64,000 nucleotides of DNA from assembly GCA_047967505.1 (NCBI GenBank), contig CM106538.1; one strand, 5' to 3'. A model generated the notes under the pieces. That model was not told the DNA's origin. It did no database searches and saw only the letters and a program-made list of their open reading frames with translations. Shown here in pieces: positions 25,604-39,266 of the stretch. Each line of letters opens with the position of its first letter. Position 1 is the first letter of the stretch. Made by a program: the position numbers and the translations under genes. The stretch comes from Dipteris shenzhenensis. Its lineage: Eukaryota.

Positions 25604-26668
25604 ATGCGAGAATCCATACGGAGTTTATCGCATACAAAGGAGACTCAAAGAATTCATAAACGAGCCATTATTCTAGACTTAAATGGATTATTGCTATGCA
25701 AGGTTGATAAGAAGTTCTCTAATAATAGATGTTTCAACATTGGGAGAGAGAAGATATTGCTACAAAATGGATGCATAGAGTTTCTACACATTCTTCTTGA
25801 ACACTTTAATGTGGGCATATGGTCTTGTGCCTTGGGGTAGAATACAAAGCGAAGAATTCAATTACTAGAAGAAGTAGCAAATAAAAAGCTACCTTTCTTC
25901 ATGGTTTGGGGTCAAGAGGAATGTTATAAAAGGGAAAATCCTCGATTGTTTATACTAGACAAGAAGAAAAATCCTCCATTTTTTAGACCAGACAAGAAGA
26001 ATGTAGAAGCATTATTCAAGCCACTTTATACGAAGTGGGAATCGTGGAAAGGACAATATGATTTGACAAACACTATCTTGATCGATGATAGCCCATATAA
26101 AGGTTGTGTAAATCCTCTCAAAACTTGTTTGGTTCCAGAGCCATTTACCCTTCAGAGTCAAGGCAATGTTGAGCTCATAGAAAAGGTATTGCCTTATCTC
26201 CTTGAATTAAGACATGTTTCAGATGTCCGATCAATGATCATAGCAAATCCCTTTGGTCAATGTCCAGTGATACTAGGTCATCCCTTGTATGGATACTTTG
26301 AGAGTGTTATCAAGCATTTTCAAAATTTATGGAGCGGTATTCCTCCTTTGAAAATATTTTGGGAAGAAACTTACTCTTCCTCAGATAATGAGAAGAAACC
26401 AAAAAGTTTTCCTAAGCATGATGAACCAAAACAAATGAAGAAGTTAATAAGAAAACTGGCACCACCAAGGAAATTCTCTATGGAACAACTTGACATATTA
26501 CAATCAATGTGCAATGTGGATTCAATGAGTGATGTGGAGGAAATCTTAAAGGCTCAACAACTTGGATTCTCGGGTCGATATATTATGAGCAAAATTGCAA
26601 GAATTTATCTTCGTCCTTCGGAAGATTGGCAAAGACAACATGGCAGCAAGAGAATAAGTAAGAAATGA
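25604..26668 (+). pseudogene. FCP1/NIF (HAD-superfamily, CTD-phosphatase-like) domain coding region with one premature stop
   Basis: ORFs 25604-25840 and 25901-26668 are in the same frame, separated by a TAG. Motifs are AIILDLNGLL (HAD motif I variant), FNVGIWS, VWGQEEC and NTILIDDSPYK..NP. Confidence 0.8.
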
Positions 26669-26881
26669 TCCCACTTGACAAACTCAATTATATATATCCA
26701 ATTTCTCTAGAAGTGGTTCTACTTTATAAGTTTTCCTATTACTCATAAGAATTAGCATCAAGATTTGTTTTAAATTAGCATGGCAATCAAATAGAGTCAA
26801 AATAACCCAATGTTTATAAGCTTCAAAGAATTGTACTAACTCTAATGCTTTACTAACCTACTTTCATATTGTTAAAGGATG

Positions 26882-27170
26882 TGTTGGGATATCTCAAGGT
26901 GTATGCCTCAGGCACACCTTGGTTTCTATATGTGTATGCTAGAGGCATAGTTAGGTGCCCATAAGCACAGTTAGGTGGTGATAGAAGCCACATAGGATGA
27001 TTGAGAGAATCTAGGAGCAGATTGAGGAGATGATTGTGGAGCTTAGAGGTCATCAATGATGTCAGTGATCATGTAAGAGGTGCCTACTTAAGGACCTCAC
27101 CTTTCTTCATTCCATAAGCAAGAATTCTGAGTTTGTGTTCACTCCATGCTTTCTTTTTACTTTACCAACA
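26882..27170 (+). repeat. 5' LTR
   Basis: Direct repeat of 28894-29181 with TG..CA termini, followed by an iMet-type PBS. Confidence 0.95.
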
Positions 27171-27890
27171 TGGTATTAGAGCCCTTTGATCCCCCTTGAG
27201 CCCATTTGTGCCACATCATCTTCTTCTTCTTCATCTTCACCATTTCTTCCCAAATCTTGCTAAAGCTTGTTCTCCTCTATTTCTCCTCCATTCTCCAAGC
27301 CCTTCCTACTGGAGATACCTCTCAAAGGGGTGAACCTTCATCTATAAGGAATTGAAGTATCATCGTCTCTGTTGGTCGCCATTTCGTGCAAATCGTCAAA
27401 TCTCTGTTCTACATTTTCTCTGTGCCTACTCCACCTTTCTCTAATTCCTTTTAGGGGAATCTTCTCCATACTTGGGCTATCTTGTGTTGAAATCTGAGCA
27501 GCAATGGCTGCATATTCAAGGAGAAAACAAAGAAAAAATAGTTGACTTTGAAGAAGCTAGCTATGGCGACGTGACACAGATTTGCGCCTCTCCTCCTCAG
27601 TGGATCTTCTCTGATATATAAGCTTTCTTTTGCTTCAGAAAGCCCCTTTTTCTTTGCTTTCGAGAGTGAGATACAAGCTCTCCAAGTTTAGGCCTCTGTT
27701 TTGGACAATTTTGACAAGGTTGTGAGTTTGATGCTACATTAGATGCTACTTTAGCATTTCTAATGTTTTAAGTGTTAAATAGCATCAATACAACTGTGGC
27801 TATAGCTTTTCTTTGAGTTGTTACACCTGGATTTGCTTGGAAAACTTTCATTTAGCCACCTCTGTGAAGCATCCTGGGTTAGACCCTCTC

Positions 27891-28586
27891 ATGGCTACCA
27901 TATTCAATATAGATAAGTTCAATGGTAAGGGCTTCCACACATGGCAGATGAAGGTTAAATTTGCATTGATGAGGGAAAACCTCTGGGAGCTTGTCAAACC
28001 GGCTTCAACTTCTTCTTCAACAGCCTCCAATGCTGGAGAATCCTCAGCTCTGACACACTCAGCAAGAGATCTTGCTAGAGAGGAGAAAGCATATGGCATC
28101 ATTGCTCTTGCTTTAGGAGATGACTATATTCATCACATCTCTGACTTAGAGTCTCCTTCAGAAGCTTGGCAAAAGCTTGTTACCACTTTGAAAAATCTTC
28201 CTAATCCTAATCTTGAAGGTCTTATCTTTGCTCTTCAAGAAGAAGAAAGGTACATGGAACTCCGGAGAGGCAATGACATAGCCTATGCCATAAAAATTCA
28301 GAAGGGCAAGTGTTCACCTTGCAATCATTGTGGGAAGACTAATCACCTCTCAAAAGACTGCTCAAGATCAATCCATGCAAACACTGTGGCAAAAACAATC
28401 ATCATGAAAAGTTTTGTAGAGCCAAAAAGGAAGCAACTTCAAAGTCGAAAAATGCCAATCTACTTTCAGTTGATGTGCCTCCACAAGATGACGCATTCTT
28501 TGAAGATTATGCTTTTTGAATCATCTCCATATATGCTCCAGATCTCTCTTTTTTTTTTGTTGAGTCAAGGTACTCAGCATGGATAG
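27891..28586 (+). pseudogene. Copia-type gag, internally deleted and frameshifted
   Basis: IDKFNGKGFHTWQMKVKFALMRENLWELV, AYGIIALALGDD..SEAWQKL, knuckle CNHCGKTNHLSKDC, and a second knuckle CKHCGKNNHHEKFC in another frame. Confidence 0.85.
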
Positions 28587-28893
28587 TCCTCCAAAATGAA
28601 TGAAATAAACTATTGTGTTTTGTAAACACCTCTGGTCACCATATAATGTAGGCCATGTGTATGTGTTTTTGCTCCATGGTACTTCTTGCACACATTGTGT
28701 ACATGTACATGCAGGGGAGATAACCATTGGAAGGTCTTTTGTATCCCTTTTGTTTACCTTACACCCATGGGAACCCTTGCTAGCTTGAGATCCTAGCCAT
28801 TGATAGATCCATGACCACCATGAGATGGCATGTGACACTTTGTGCTAGCTGTATCCTTGACATAGCCTGAGGCATTCCCTTGAGGGGGGGTTT

Positions 28894-29181
28894 TGTTGGG
28901 ATATCTCAAGGTCTAAGCCTCAAGCACACCTTGGTTTCTATGTGTGTGTGCTAGAGCACAGTTAGGTGCCCATAAGCATAGTTAGGTGGTGATAGAAGCC
29001 ACATAGGATGATTGAGAGAATCTAGGAGCAAATTGAGGAGATGATTGTGGAGCTCAGAGGTCATCAGTGATGTTAGTGATCATGTAAGAGGTGCCTACTT
29101 AAGGACCTCACCTTTCTTCATTCCATAAGTAAGAATTCTGAGTTTGTGTTCACTCCATGCCTTCTTTTCAGTTTACCAACA
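28894..29181 (+). repeat. 3' LTR
   Basis: Direct repeat of 26882-27170, preceded by the PPT. Confidence 0.95.
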
Positions 29182-29279
29182 GGATGTGATGCATTTTTTT
29201 TCACAGTTAAGGCAATAGTGTAAGTTCAAAAAGTTTTGGACAATTGATTTAGATGAAGCCATAAAGTTGACCACTTTTT

Positions 29280-30282
29280 GGCTTGTTGCAAGCACAAACA
29301 AGCTGAAGAGGTATATTGGCTATTACAAAGATCAAATTTGGAAATGTAGCCACATTGAAGGAATTCAAAAGATTATTTAATGTCAGGGTTATCTTTCAAT
29401 AGCAACCTATTACTTGTCATTTGGTAGAAAGGAGATTTCCATCCTCTCCAATCCTTTGGAAGATATTAATGACAAAGTAATGATGGCTATCCTCAGGTTT
29501 GATGAAAACTTTTTCTTGGCTTGATTGAATCTAATGAGCTAACATTTGTTTATTTGGGGGTATAGTATTGTTATATCAAAACTTCCTAGATTAGTACCAA
29601 ATCGTGTACTTACAAAAAGATAAAGACTATAGATGATGTTTGTACCTGGTTGCAACCTCTACAATTGGATGTCATGCAAGTTATCTTTATGGCATATTAT
29701 GAGGCATAAGTGGCATTCCAAAATTATTTTTACTCTTTCATTGATAAGATTGTTTCAAATACTAATGATTCTTCATTAATCATGTAGCTTACATTGCAGT
29801 TTGGTTGTTTGGGACCATGAAGATGAAAATTTTTGGTTTGTCAATTCAATTGCATGCTTCCATGCCTCAATGTTAATGTAAGCATTCTCATAATATGTTG
29901 TCACTTCCATGTTATGCATCTTATAAAATACACACACTCAATTATTTTATATGTTATGATGGGCAGGTCCACACATAAGTTGGTATCTGCTATCAAAAAA
30001 ATCATGTAGCACCAAGGTAACTTACTAGACACAAAAGATTTCAAAAAACACATAGCGGTGGAGCAAAAGGATGGGCATAGCTATGGGTGGAGAGCGGGCT
30101 ACAATTGCATGCTAGTACTCAATGAAATTTTTGAATGGAACTCAAATCCCTCAATGGAAGCATATACAGAGATCAATCTACATGCATTTATGGCCGAGAC
30201 CATTCAATATCTAATTGCTATAATCAAGAAACAAAATGCAATAAACATAGACAGGATTCAATCTACACCCAAAGAAACATAG
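29280..30282 (+). pseudogene. Ulp1/C48 SUMO-protease-like domain, decayed and probably spliced
   Basis: LHCSLVVWDHEDENFWFVNS at ~29789 resembles HWSLxV...DS. VEQKDGHSYGWRA at 30058 resembles QxDxxxCG with the catalytic Cys mutated to Tyr. AT-rich intron-like gaps lie between the segments. Confidence 0.6.
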
Positions 30283-31254
30283 TAGATGATTGAGTCTCCA
30301 AAAAGCATCATAGCTTCCATCAGAGTTGGAGAAACAGTCTATGCCCAAAGCATCCACACCGAAAGCATCCCAACTTGTAGAGGAAAAAGAGATTGAGTCC
30401 ACTCTGAAAACATCGTAGCCGGTGGAGGAAGTAGAGATTCACTCTATCTCCAAAGCATCACAGCCTTGAGAATAAGCATCACAAGAGTCTATAGACTCCA
30501 TTGTAAACCATGTCATTCTAAAGTAGTCCAAATTTTTTGTAATAAAATTAATATGAATTGGCTGATGATGTTGTTTTTGTTAATTATGTTTAATGTCTGT
30601 AAGCTTGAGGAACATTTACTAAAGATGTAAATTTATTCCATGTGTATTATATAATTATACAAATGTCTAGTGGTTCTTTTAAAATATTAATTGTGATGAT
30701 TAAAATATAATAATTAAAATAATCTAAATTGTTGAGAATGAAGCAAAGCAAAATGCAAGAAAGAGCATTTAAAAAAACATGGAAAGCAAAAAACATTCTC
30801 CTTTTTATTGCACAGAGAAAACATTAAAAGCATCCGTGTAATATCTACATTGCAATTTGTCCAAAAAACAAATAAATATAAGTGAATTTTAGTACTAAAA
30901 ATTTTAAATGAATGTAATGATAAAGGATTTCAAGACAAATCTTCAAGCATCAAAGCATTACAATACAATTTGCACAAAAAACAAATAAATATAAGTGGGT
31001 TTTAGTCTAATAAAATTGAAATTTAAGTGGCTTGATAAAGGATTTGAAGCCAAATCTTCCATTGATTGTTGGTGATATGTTTGTACCTATTGAACATACT
31101 AACTTCAATATCTACTCAAGAATGTACTATTTTTCACAAATTCATACCATGTATCTTGATAAAAGTTTGTTTCAAAATTCCTCTTTTTTTAGACCAAAAT
31201 TATAAGTGCTAAAAAAAGTGGGACTTGGGATTATTCCACTTTTCCTAATACGGT

Positions 31255-33374
31255 CTTATAGAGACTCTTTTTCAGCTTACAAACCAAATGCTCTTTGCCC
31301 TTTTCTTCAAAGCCTTTTGGCTGTACCATATAAATTTCCTCATGCAGATCCCCATGCAAGAAAGTTGCCTTGACATCTATCTGCATAAGCTCCATTATCC
31401 TCTACTGCCACAAGTCCAAGTATGCATCTAAGTGTGGTTATCTTCACACAACTTGAGAGAAGATCTCATCAAAGTCCACACCCTTCTCTTGCTTGAACCC
31501 TTAGCAACCAAACATGCCTTATAGTTAGGCACATCATCACCTGTGACCTTCATCTTGTAGACCCATTTACATGGCAATGCTTTCTTTCCATGTGGCAAAG
31601 AAACCAAGTCCCAATTCTTATTCATCATGAGCAAACTCATATTTGATTACCTAGCATACTCCCACTTGCATTGATCCTTGCACCATCCTTAGACATAGCT
31701 GTAGGCTTAGCTATAATCCGTTCTAGGGATTTAATATTCTTCTTTTGAATAAGCACATCCCTTATCTATTATTTCCATAGAGAAATGTTTGTCCCATCAA
31801 GCTTTTTAATGCTACAAAACCCCTTTTTAGACATGGAAGAGGATGCCATGATGCAAATAAAGCAAAATCCCAAATGCTAATGCCTGTAAGAGAAAAATCA
31901 CACCAAATACTAGGTGCACCCAAATATGTATGCTCCAATGGAGGATAATGCCACCAAAACTCCAAGCTCAAAGCATTAAAATGCAACTCGATCATACACA
32001 TATACTATGAATCCATATGAGCAAATTTGGCCAAAAAGAAATGCCAACTGCAATGGAAAAATGATGGCAATCCCAATGCCAATAAGTGCCAAAATACCTC
32101 AAGCATAAATGTTGTCTATGAGCGTATTACAAAATCTCATCCAACAGGTCATAGCACAACCTATGCCACCATTGCAATATGTCACAAATGTCCAGCATTA
32201 GCATAAAATAGCATCTGTGTGCTAAATGTCCATAAAAATAGCATCCCACAAAGCAATCTATGCCTACCAACAAGGACCCCAATGTATCCAAATGGCCAAT
32301 AAAGCATCCACTATAACCCAATGCAAACCACAAATAAGTGCACACGGCTCAAATTGCAACAAGAGTAATATGCAAAGAGTACACCATAAAATCGCGACCT
32401 CAAGGCAATGGTTGATCCTGCAAAGCAAATCTAAGATGCCTTAGAATATGGATGTCACTACATATATGGACTCAGCAAGACAATCTGCAAATATCTCTCT
32501 TCTACCGCAACTTTGAAATCTCATCCGAGGATGGAGTAAGAGCCAATCAACGCTTGCATTTACTTGCAAAAAATGAACCTTAGGCAAATTAAAGCATAAG
32601 GGGTAGCCTTATCTGCCAAATGGCAATCAATGAGGTGGTCTTGGAAACATTGAGAAATTTCTTGCAAAGAGACCATGGAAAAACATAGAGAATTACAACT
32701 CCCTCGATTCTTCACGGAATAGCAAGCAGCTTTGTATATAGATGTTTCTAGTAGTAATGAGATAGACAACTCTGTAGATGGAGGCCCAAATGTTAAGATC
32801 CCACTCACATAGGAAATGATGAAATGAAGATGTCGGAATAGATAGAGCTTCACTGCAGCTTCATAAGTTCTCAGAATCTGAAGCAACTTCAGAGATAGAA
32901 GTTTTGGGCTACTTTGGATCCACCGAGATTGTCAGAACTACAAATGGTGGCCTAAATATGGAGATCCAACACACAAAATCCATGCATAAATAAATTTTGT
33001 CACTTTTTTCAAGAGCTATAACTTTTTACTGAAAACTCAAATGACAGAGATGTAAAACAAAAAATGAAGTACTCAAAGTCTTCTACAACTTTGCTTTTGA
33101 TCTTAGGTCAAGATTCAGCCTCTAGAGAAGGATATTTTCATCACAAAACTCTTAGGTCTAAAATAGATTGTCTTTTGCAGCTTCCTCTTGTGAGTTGGTG
33201 ATGGCCTTGTCTTCCAGCTCTGATACCAGTTGTGAGGACACAACAGAAGCTAAGAGGGAGAGGGAGCTCGAGAGACACAAGATTTGGTGTATGCGACGTC
33301 AACACCCTAATCTTGAGTATATATAGTTTGAGTATACATAACTAGGGTTAGGCACAGGGGCCTTTAACCCCACA
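31255..33374 (-). mobile_element. Deleted Copia element: short LTR, PBS, leader and RT fragment
   Basis: A perfect PBS complement gctctgatacca at 33217-33228 and a ~144 bp LTR at 33231-33374 (tgtgagg...ccccaca). RT motifs [57 protein letters not shown] and [10 protein letters not shown] at ~31255-31640. Confidence 0.85.
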
Positions 33375-36300
33375 TGCCCAAATTCTAGTCATACATCCAA
33401 AGTTAATAGATGAGAGTTTACTTGTACCTCTCCAGGCATGTAAATTTCTAGAAGCGAAGGAAAGGATTGAAGGCAAGAATGGAACAAATGCACTGAATGA
33501 TTTCGAAGTAGACTAGTTGTCCCTATCACCTAGAGGAGGATAGAACATTAAATTACCTTAAGCAAAACACCACAATCATGCTCCACAGCCAACAAACTTC
33601 CATGAAGGATGGTCAAGAGACTACCTAGGCAAAACCCAAATTGCAAGGTAAAGAACTGCATCATAAATTTTCCCCGATCACGAACTTGGACAAAGATGCC
33701 TTAGTCTCTATGAAGACTATGAAAGTTCTTTATCATCTTTGCCCCTCCTTCAAATGTAGCTCAATAGCATTAGAAATCAAAGGTAATACTTTGATATTTT
33801 AGCCCAAAAGTTTTGAAAATCACTGTGACAAAGATTATGATGAGCAAAACCCTTGCGCGTTCCAGAGATAGACTAGGTTGCCTTGGGCTACAAAATGAAA
33901 GTACTGTTCTTCAGGTGCCAAGAGAAGATTATTGCTCCCCTTGGATGTTGATGTTCAAAGTCATTGTTGTTTGCACCTTGATTCTTTCTTTTGATTGAGT
34001 CTGTCCAGCCATGAGACAACATGGTGAAGTAAACAAGCCACAAACAATATCGGTTCTTTTTTTTTCGCCGAATTATTGAACAAATTTGATAATATAAAAT
34101 GCAAGAGCAGGCTGCTTGGTGGTTAGGTAGGTTGTTTACATTAGTGAATAATGAGCGAGTGCTGGCTTTTCTTGGCAAAGAACTTAAGAATTCTGATTAG
34201 TTCCTCTAAAATCTGCTCATAGAGAGTACCTACATTTTTTACTTTCTTGAAGATGATCTTGCTCCAAAATTTCTAGATCTTTGCAATGATCACTGCCCTT
34301 GTTAATTGCCATACTACATACTTAACAACATTCGTGTGACCTCTATTACCCAAACTAGTCAAGTAACCTATGGCTATGCCATGGGAATGAACTAAATTTT
34401 AGTGGGTAGACAACACTTCATCTATGATCTTTGTACACTACACTGCATTGTTTCAACTCCACATACAACATAGTCAATTGATCTTTGCGAGGCTCTAACT
34501 CAAGCTATGTAGGATCATCCAAGCTAACTAAGCTAGAATGAAAGTAATTGTGTAGGTTGATGGTTTGCTAAAAGTTGTATTTAACAATGCAAGGAAAATG
34601 TGGCTTTGTATCTTTGTTTGCTGGTGGAAAATCCTCATCCAATCTCCTCCATATGTTCTTCTTCTATGCTCCTACATACTCACCTTGGTGATTGATAATC
34701 TTCTTCTACCATCTTACTTCTTTCATGATTGATAATACACTCTTGCCATCTTTAGCATCTCATTCTTAAAGTTGGTAGTCCAAGAGTGAAACTAAGTAAA
34801 ATAGCATAAATTTTTTGAGATACTATTATGCTAGGGTCTTGGAATGTCAAAATACTACTTGGGAAACATCAATCTTGCTCAATTCTAGTGTAGTGGATAG
34901 TAATGATATGGATGCAAGGAAAGACATTCTACTTCACATCAATGTTTATTACCATGTACAATCCATCATCTACAACACGGTGGGAATAATGTTGGTAAAT
35001 GTTGATTGCCATGTACATCCCATCTACAACACTTTTAAACAAATGAATAAATAAATAGATGGATGTTAATATTATAGAAAAATGGGGGAGAAACCCCGAA
35101 CAAAAAATGGCCAAAACATAAGAGCCTGTGCCCACAGTCTACATCTATAACACTTTCATATTTTGGGAATGATGCTGGTAATATTAGGATCAAGTGCTTT
35201 CAAGGTAGGAAAGAAGGAGTTTATGATTGGACTATGGGGTGTGCTCTTCTTTCTTCCCCTCCATGTTTAATTCCATCCTGAATGCTATTCATTGATGCAT
35301 AATCCCTCAAGGCTAAAGCAAACATGAAGTTGTATAATGGGGAACCCATAAAAAGTTGCAAAGCAAGCCTAACCCCATTTTTGTTGGCCTATGGCCAGTA
35401 GACAATGGCTTGGATGCATCACCATGCTCATGTTTTCGTCCATGGGGTTTGTGAAATTAGTCACAACCGAGCCGCTCAACCTAGTGGTGTGGTTGCAACT
35501 AGAGTGCAATTGCACCAGCCTTCTTGCAAAAGACATCACTGCAATTGTGCTTTGTTTTGCATTGAAATCTTTGGGATAATCAGTCACTACATGAATGATC
35601 ACTTCCTCAATAGTTGTCCATATGTTAGCATCAGCTTTTGTAAAATAGCTCTACCTAACCTTTCCAATTGCTTGTAGCATATTTTGGGTCAAGACTTTAG
35701 CTGCACAAATTGTGAAATTGCCAACACACTTGCATCCATAAGGAGCTTGTGCTTTCTCCTTAACCAACTAGGGTGCTCAACGTTTCCATCCTCTTAGAAA
35801 TGGACATACATGGTTTGGCGGTGTACAACAACATGGTGTTGGCTTGCAAAAATCATGATGGAGAGCTTTGCCCAGGCCAACCATGAATCTTTCAATATAT
35901 CTGGATTATTGACCTCCTACTAGGGCTGCTATCCAACATCATAGTGGTGGTCAAATCCTTTTCATTCTTGGAAATATTTGGCTAGGGATCAAATTGCAAG
36001 TCTATTGCTTCTCTTGTGATCACTTTCTTGTTATCTTCCTTACAAGCATCATTGAATGGAAAACTTCCGCTCAACAAAGTATGAGGAGATATGCCCAGGC
36101 TCCTTATATCGCCTAAAATATTCACCTTCTCATGGTGATTAAGAGTTGAGGCTCCAAGGGTGGCAAATCTTGGCAAGTAAGGATCTTGAGAAAGCAACCA
36201 AAAAAAATGTAGCTGCTATGGTAAATGATCTAGTGCACATTATTGCTGAGGATGATGCAGAAGACATGAGAAGATCCCAAAAGGTCTATGCAATGATACA

Positions 36301-37039
36301 CCTCTCCTCAGTCTTTCAAAAATCAATGCCACTCTGCCTCAACAGCTTGATGGAATTTTGTGCATAGACTCAATTTCCTAAAATTGAAGTGCCAGATGTA
36401 GCATGACTCCATGCTACATCAAGGAAGCTCTCCATGAAGGCAAGACCTAGTTGTATCGGCTTTAGCATTTTTAGTTTCATTCTCAGGCTTTCCAAAGTTT
36501 GTGCTTAACCTGAAATCCCCTAAAGGCCTCACCACCATGCTAGGAAACTCTATCTCTATTGTTGCCTACTGTCACATACCTCAAGAGCCATGTATTGCCA
36601 CGTTCCTACCTCCTCTCTAGGCTCCTCTAAAACACGAACCACCAAACCAGAATCTGTGAGCTCAAAAGGGAGTTGTAGGCAATGTTTAGAAGCACTTGCT
36701 ACCTACCATTGTACCTCCTTGCTCCCACTTTCTGATCTTTTATCTGTTAGCTCTCCATCATGCTTCAACATAAGAAATGGAACATAGAGCATTCCCTATA
36801 TCGCAAAAATCCTACCTAGCCTCTCTATATGTTTGCAGATTGGAAGTTTTATTCTTTTAGTTTACCGCCCAACTCTATGGAGCTCTCTCTATTCATTGCA
36901 TACACCTTTCTGCTTGTGATTCATCCTCGTCCTCCTAACCAATCATGTGGTCTTCCTTCTACACCACTCACAACATGCTTGGCCAACCTTCAATGCAACA
37001 GCTTCTGTTGTTGCCATTGTTGGTGTTGCTATTGGTAGG

Positions 37040-38865
37040 ATTATCCATTGGATATGCAAGGACAAATGCAAATAAGCATTCAAAACCCTCAAATGGAGAT
37101 TGATCACAGCCCTTGTTCTAATGGCACCAAATTGGGACATAGAATTTCACGTACATACTGACGGTTCCAATTATGCAGTAGGGAGTGTGTTATGTCAACC
37201 TGGCAAACACAACAAAGACTACCCAGTATACTATGCAAGCAGATAGCTAAATGATGCGGAGGTGAATTACACCACAATAGAAAGAGAATCCTTGGCAATG
37301 ATCTACGGCATGAAGAAATTTTGACACTATCTATTGGCTACTAACTTTCTCTTCTACATGGATCATTATATCTTGTGAATCAGCCATGTACCATATGCCG
37401 GATCACTTGATGGCTTCTACTACTACAAGAATTCAATTCCAAAATCATGGTGAGAAAAGAAGCTCAACATTTCATTAGCGATCACATGTCACGATTGAGG
37501 ACTGGAGAAGAGTCGGAAGGAATAGAAGATGACCTACTAGATGCTGCATTATTTCAAATAGACGTTGTGCCTGATTGGTGTGCAGACATCATTGGGTAGT
37601 TAATGACAAGAATACCACCTCCTGAAATGAAAGTAGTGGATGCTAGGAAACTAATTCTAAAAGTTGCACCCTATCAACTCATTGTAAGACAACTATACAA
37701 GATGGGAAAGGACTAGGCTCTAAGGAGATGTGTGATGCCACATGAGATCATGCCAATCCTCAATGAAGCACATGGAGGCATTGCAAGTGGACACTTCCAA
37801 GGGGAAGCAATAGCAAGAAAAGTCCTTCTTGCAAGATACTGGTGGCCAACACTTTGGTTAGATGCCTATGAATATTTCAAAAGCTATGATGTATGCCAAC
37901 GAACTACTAAACCACAACACAAAGACTTCAATACCCTAACTACGGTCGTTGCACAAAAACCCTTTGAAAAATGGGGGATTGATTTTTTGGGTCCCATCCA
38001 TCCAGTAGAGCAAAGGGAACATAGGCACGCTACATCATTGTGGCCACTGATTACTTTACCAAATGGGCTGAAGCTATAAAGCAGTCAGAAAGGCAGATGC
38101 CAAAAGCACAACAAGGTTCTTGTATGAGAATGTGATCACTTGATTTGGATGTCCCATTAAAATTGTGTCAGATAAAGGCACACATCTTGTCAATGAGGTC
38201 ATCCAAGAACTCTTGTCTGGCTTTATGTTGATCCATAGAAAGTGCACACCTTACTACCCCCAAGGGAATGGACAAGCTGAATCCATCAACAATATTTTAT
38301 GCATCATCCTCACCAAGGTAGTAGAACCAAAGCATTCTGATTGGGCAGAGAAACTAAATGTAGCCTTATGGGCATACCGAACCACACTCAAGGTCACTAT
38401 AGGAAATACATCTTTTCAATTGGTATACAGCCTTGAAGTTGCATTGTAATACTCAGTCTACGCATAGTAGTACAAGAATGTATGGGAGATCATGCATCAC
38501 TGAAAGAAAGACTCTACCAATTAGAGAAGCATACAGAGACTAGATTAGTTTCCTACCATGCCATGACAACAGAAAAATGAAGAAGGAAGGCATGGTTTGA
38601 TAGAAACCTCAAAGACAAGGACATCAAGGAAGGTAATCTGGTTCTTTTGTACAATACCAAAGTCCATAAGCACAAGCTCAAATTTCTAGGTCAAGGACCT
38701 TATAGAGTCAAAAAAATGAATCCCATCGGAGTTGTGCTGCTAGAAACACTAGATGGAGTCCAGTTCACAACAACAATAAATGGGAGCCGACTAAAGTGCT
38801 ACTACATCAACATGCAAGCTATCCCTGACAATAATAAAGATTTGGGGGCCCTAAGTCTTCCATAG
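37040..38865 (+). mobile_element. Gypsy pol remnant (RNase H and integrase)
   Basis: FHVHTDGSNYAVGSVLCQ, NYTTIERE, NEAHGGIASGHF..YWWPTL, PFEKWGIDFLGP, SDKGTH, TPYYPQGNGQAES, ALWAYRT and GPYRV. Many stops and frameshifts. Confidence 0.92.
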
Positions 38866-39266
38866 TTAGGACTAGATTGTATCACACGAGCACTCACTAG
38901 CATATGTATGCCTTCGCACATATAGGTAGTTTCAATCAATTTCGACCTAGGGCTCATAGGTGATGACTAAGTCCTAGCTGCCCTATGATTCCCTTAGCAA
39001 ATTAAGCATATAGGAGGAATGCCTACCTCACTAGTCATGCATAGCACACCCATACATTTCAAGCACCACGAATAAATTGCACAAATAAGAGCCCCAAGAG
39101 ATACTTGTTTTGATCCACACACATGGCACCCTCATCACAAAAAGAGTAAAATGAATTAGCCACTCACAAAAGAAATAGGCACTCTTAGCACATGGCACTA
39201 TATTGGCACTATCAAACTGGGACTTGATTCATGTGTGTAATACCAGGGTGAAGATAGTCCAATAAG

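Larger units (their letters stand above)
26882..29181 (+). mobile_element. Structurally complete non-autonomous gag-only LTR retrotransposon (TR-GAG-like, Copia-type gag)
   Basis: LTRs at 26882-27170 and 28894-29181 (TGTTGG...CCAACA). A 5 bp TSD GGATG flanks both sides. PBS tggtattagagcc at 27171 and PPT gaggggggg at 28882-28890. gag starts at 27891 and there is no pol. Confidence 0.95.

Noticed and set aside
35140-36400. Possible minus-strand coding remnant
   Set aside because: It looks coding-like, but I recognised no family motif.
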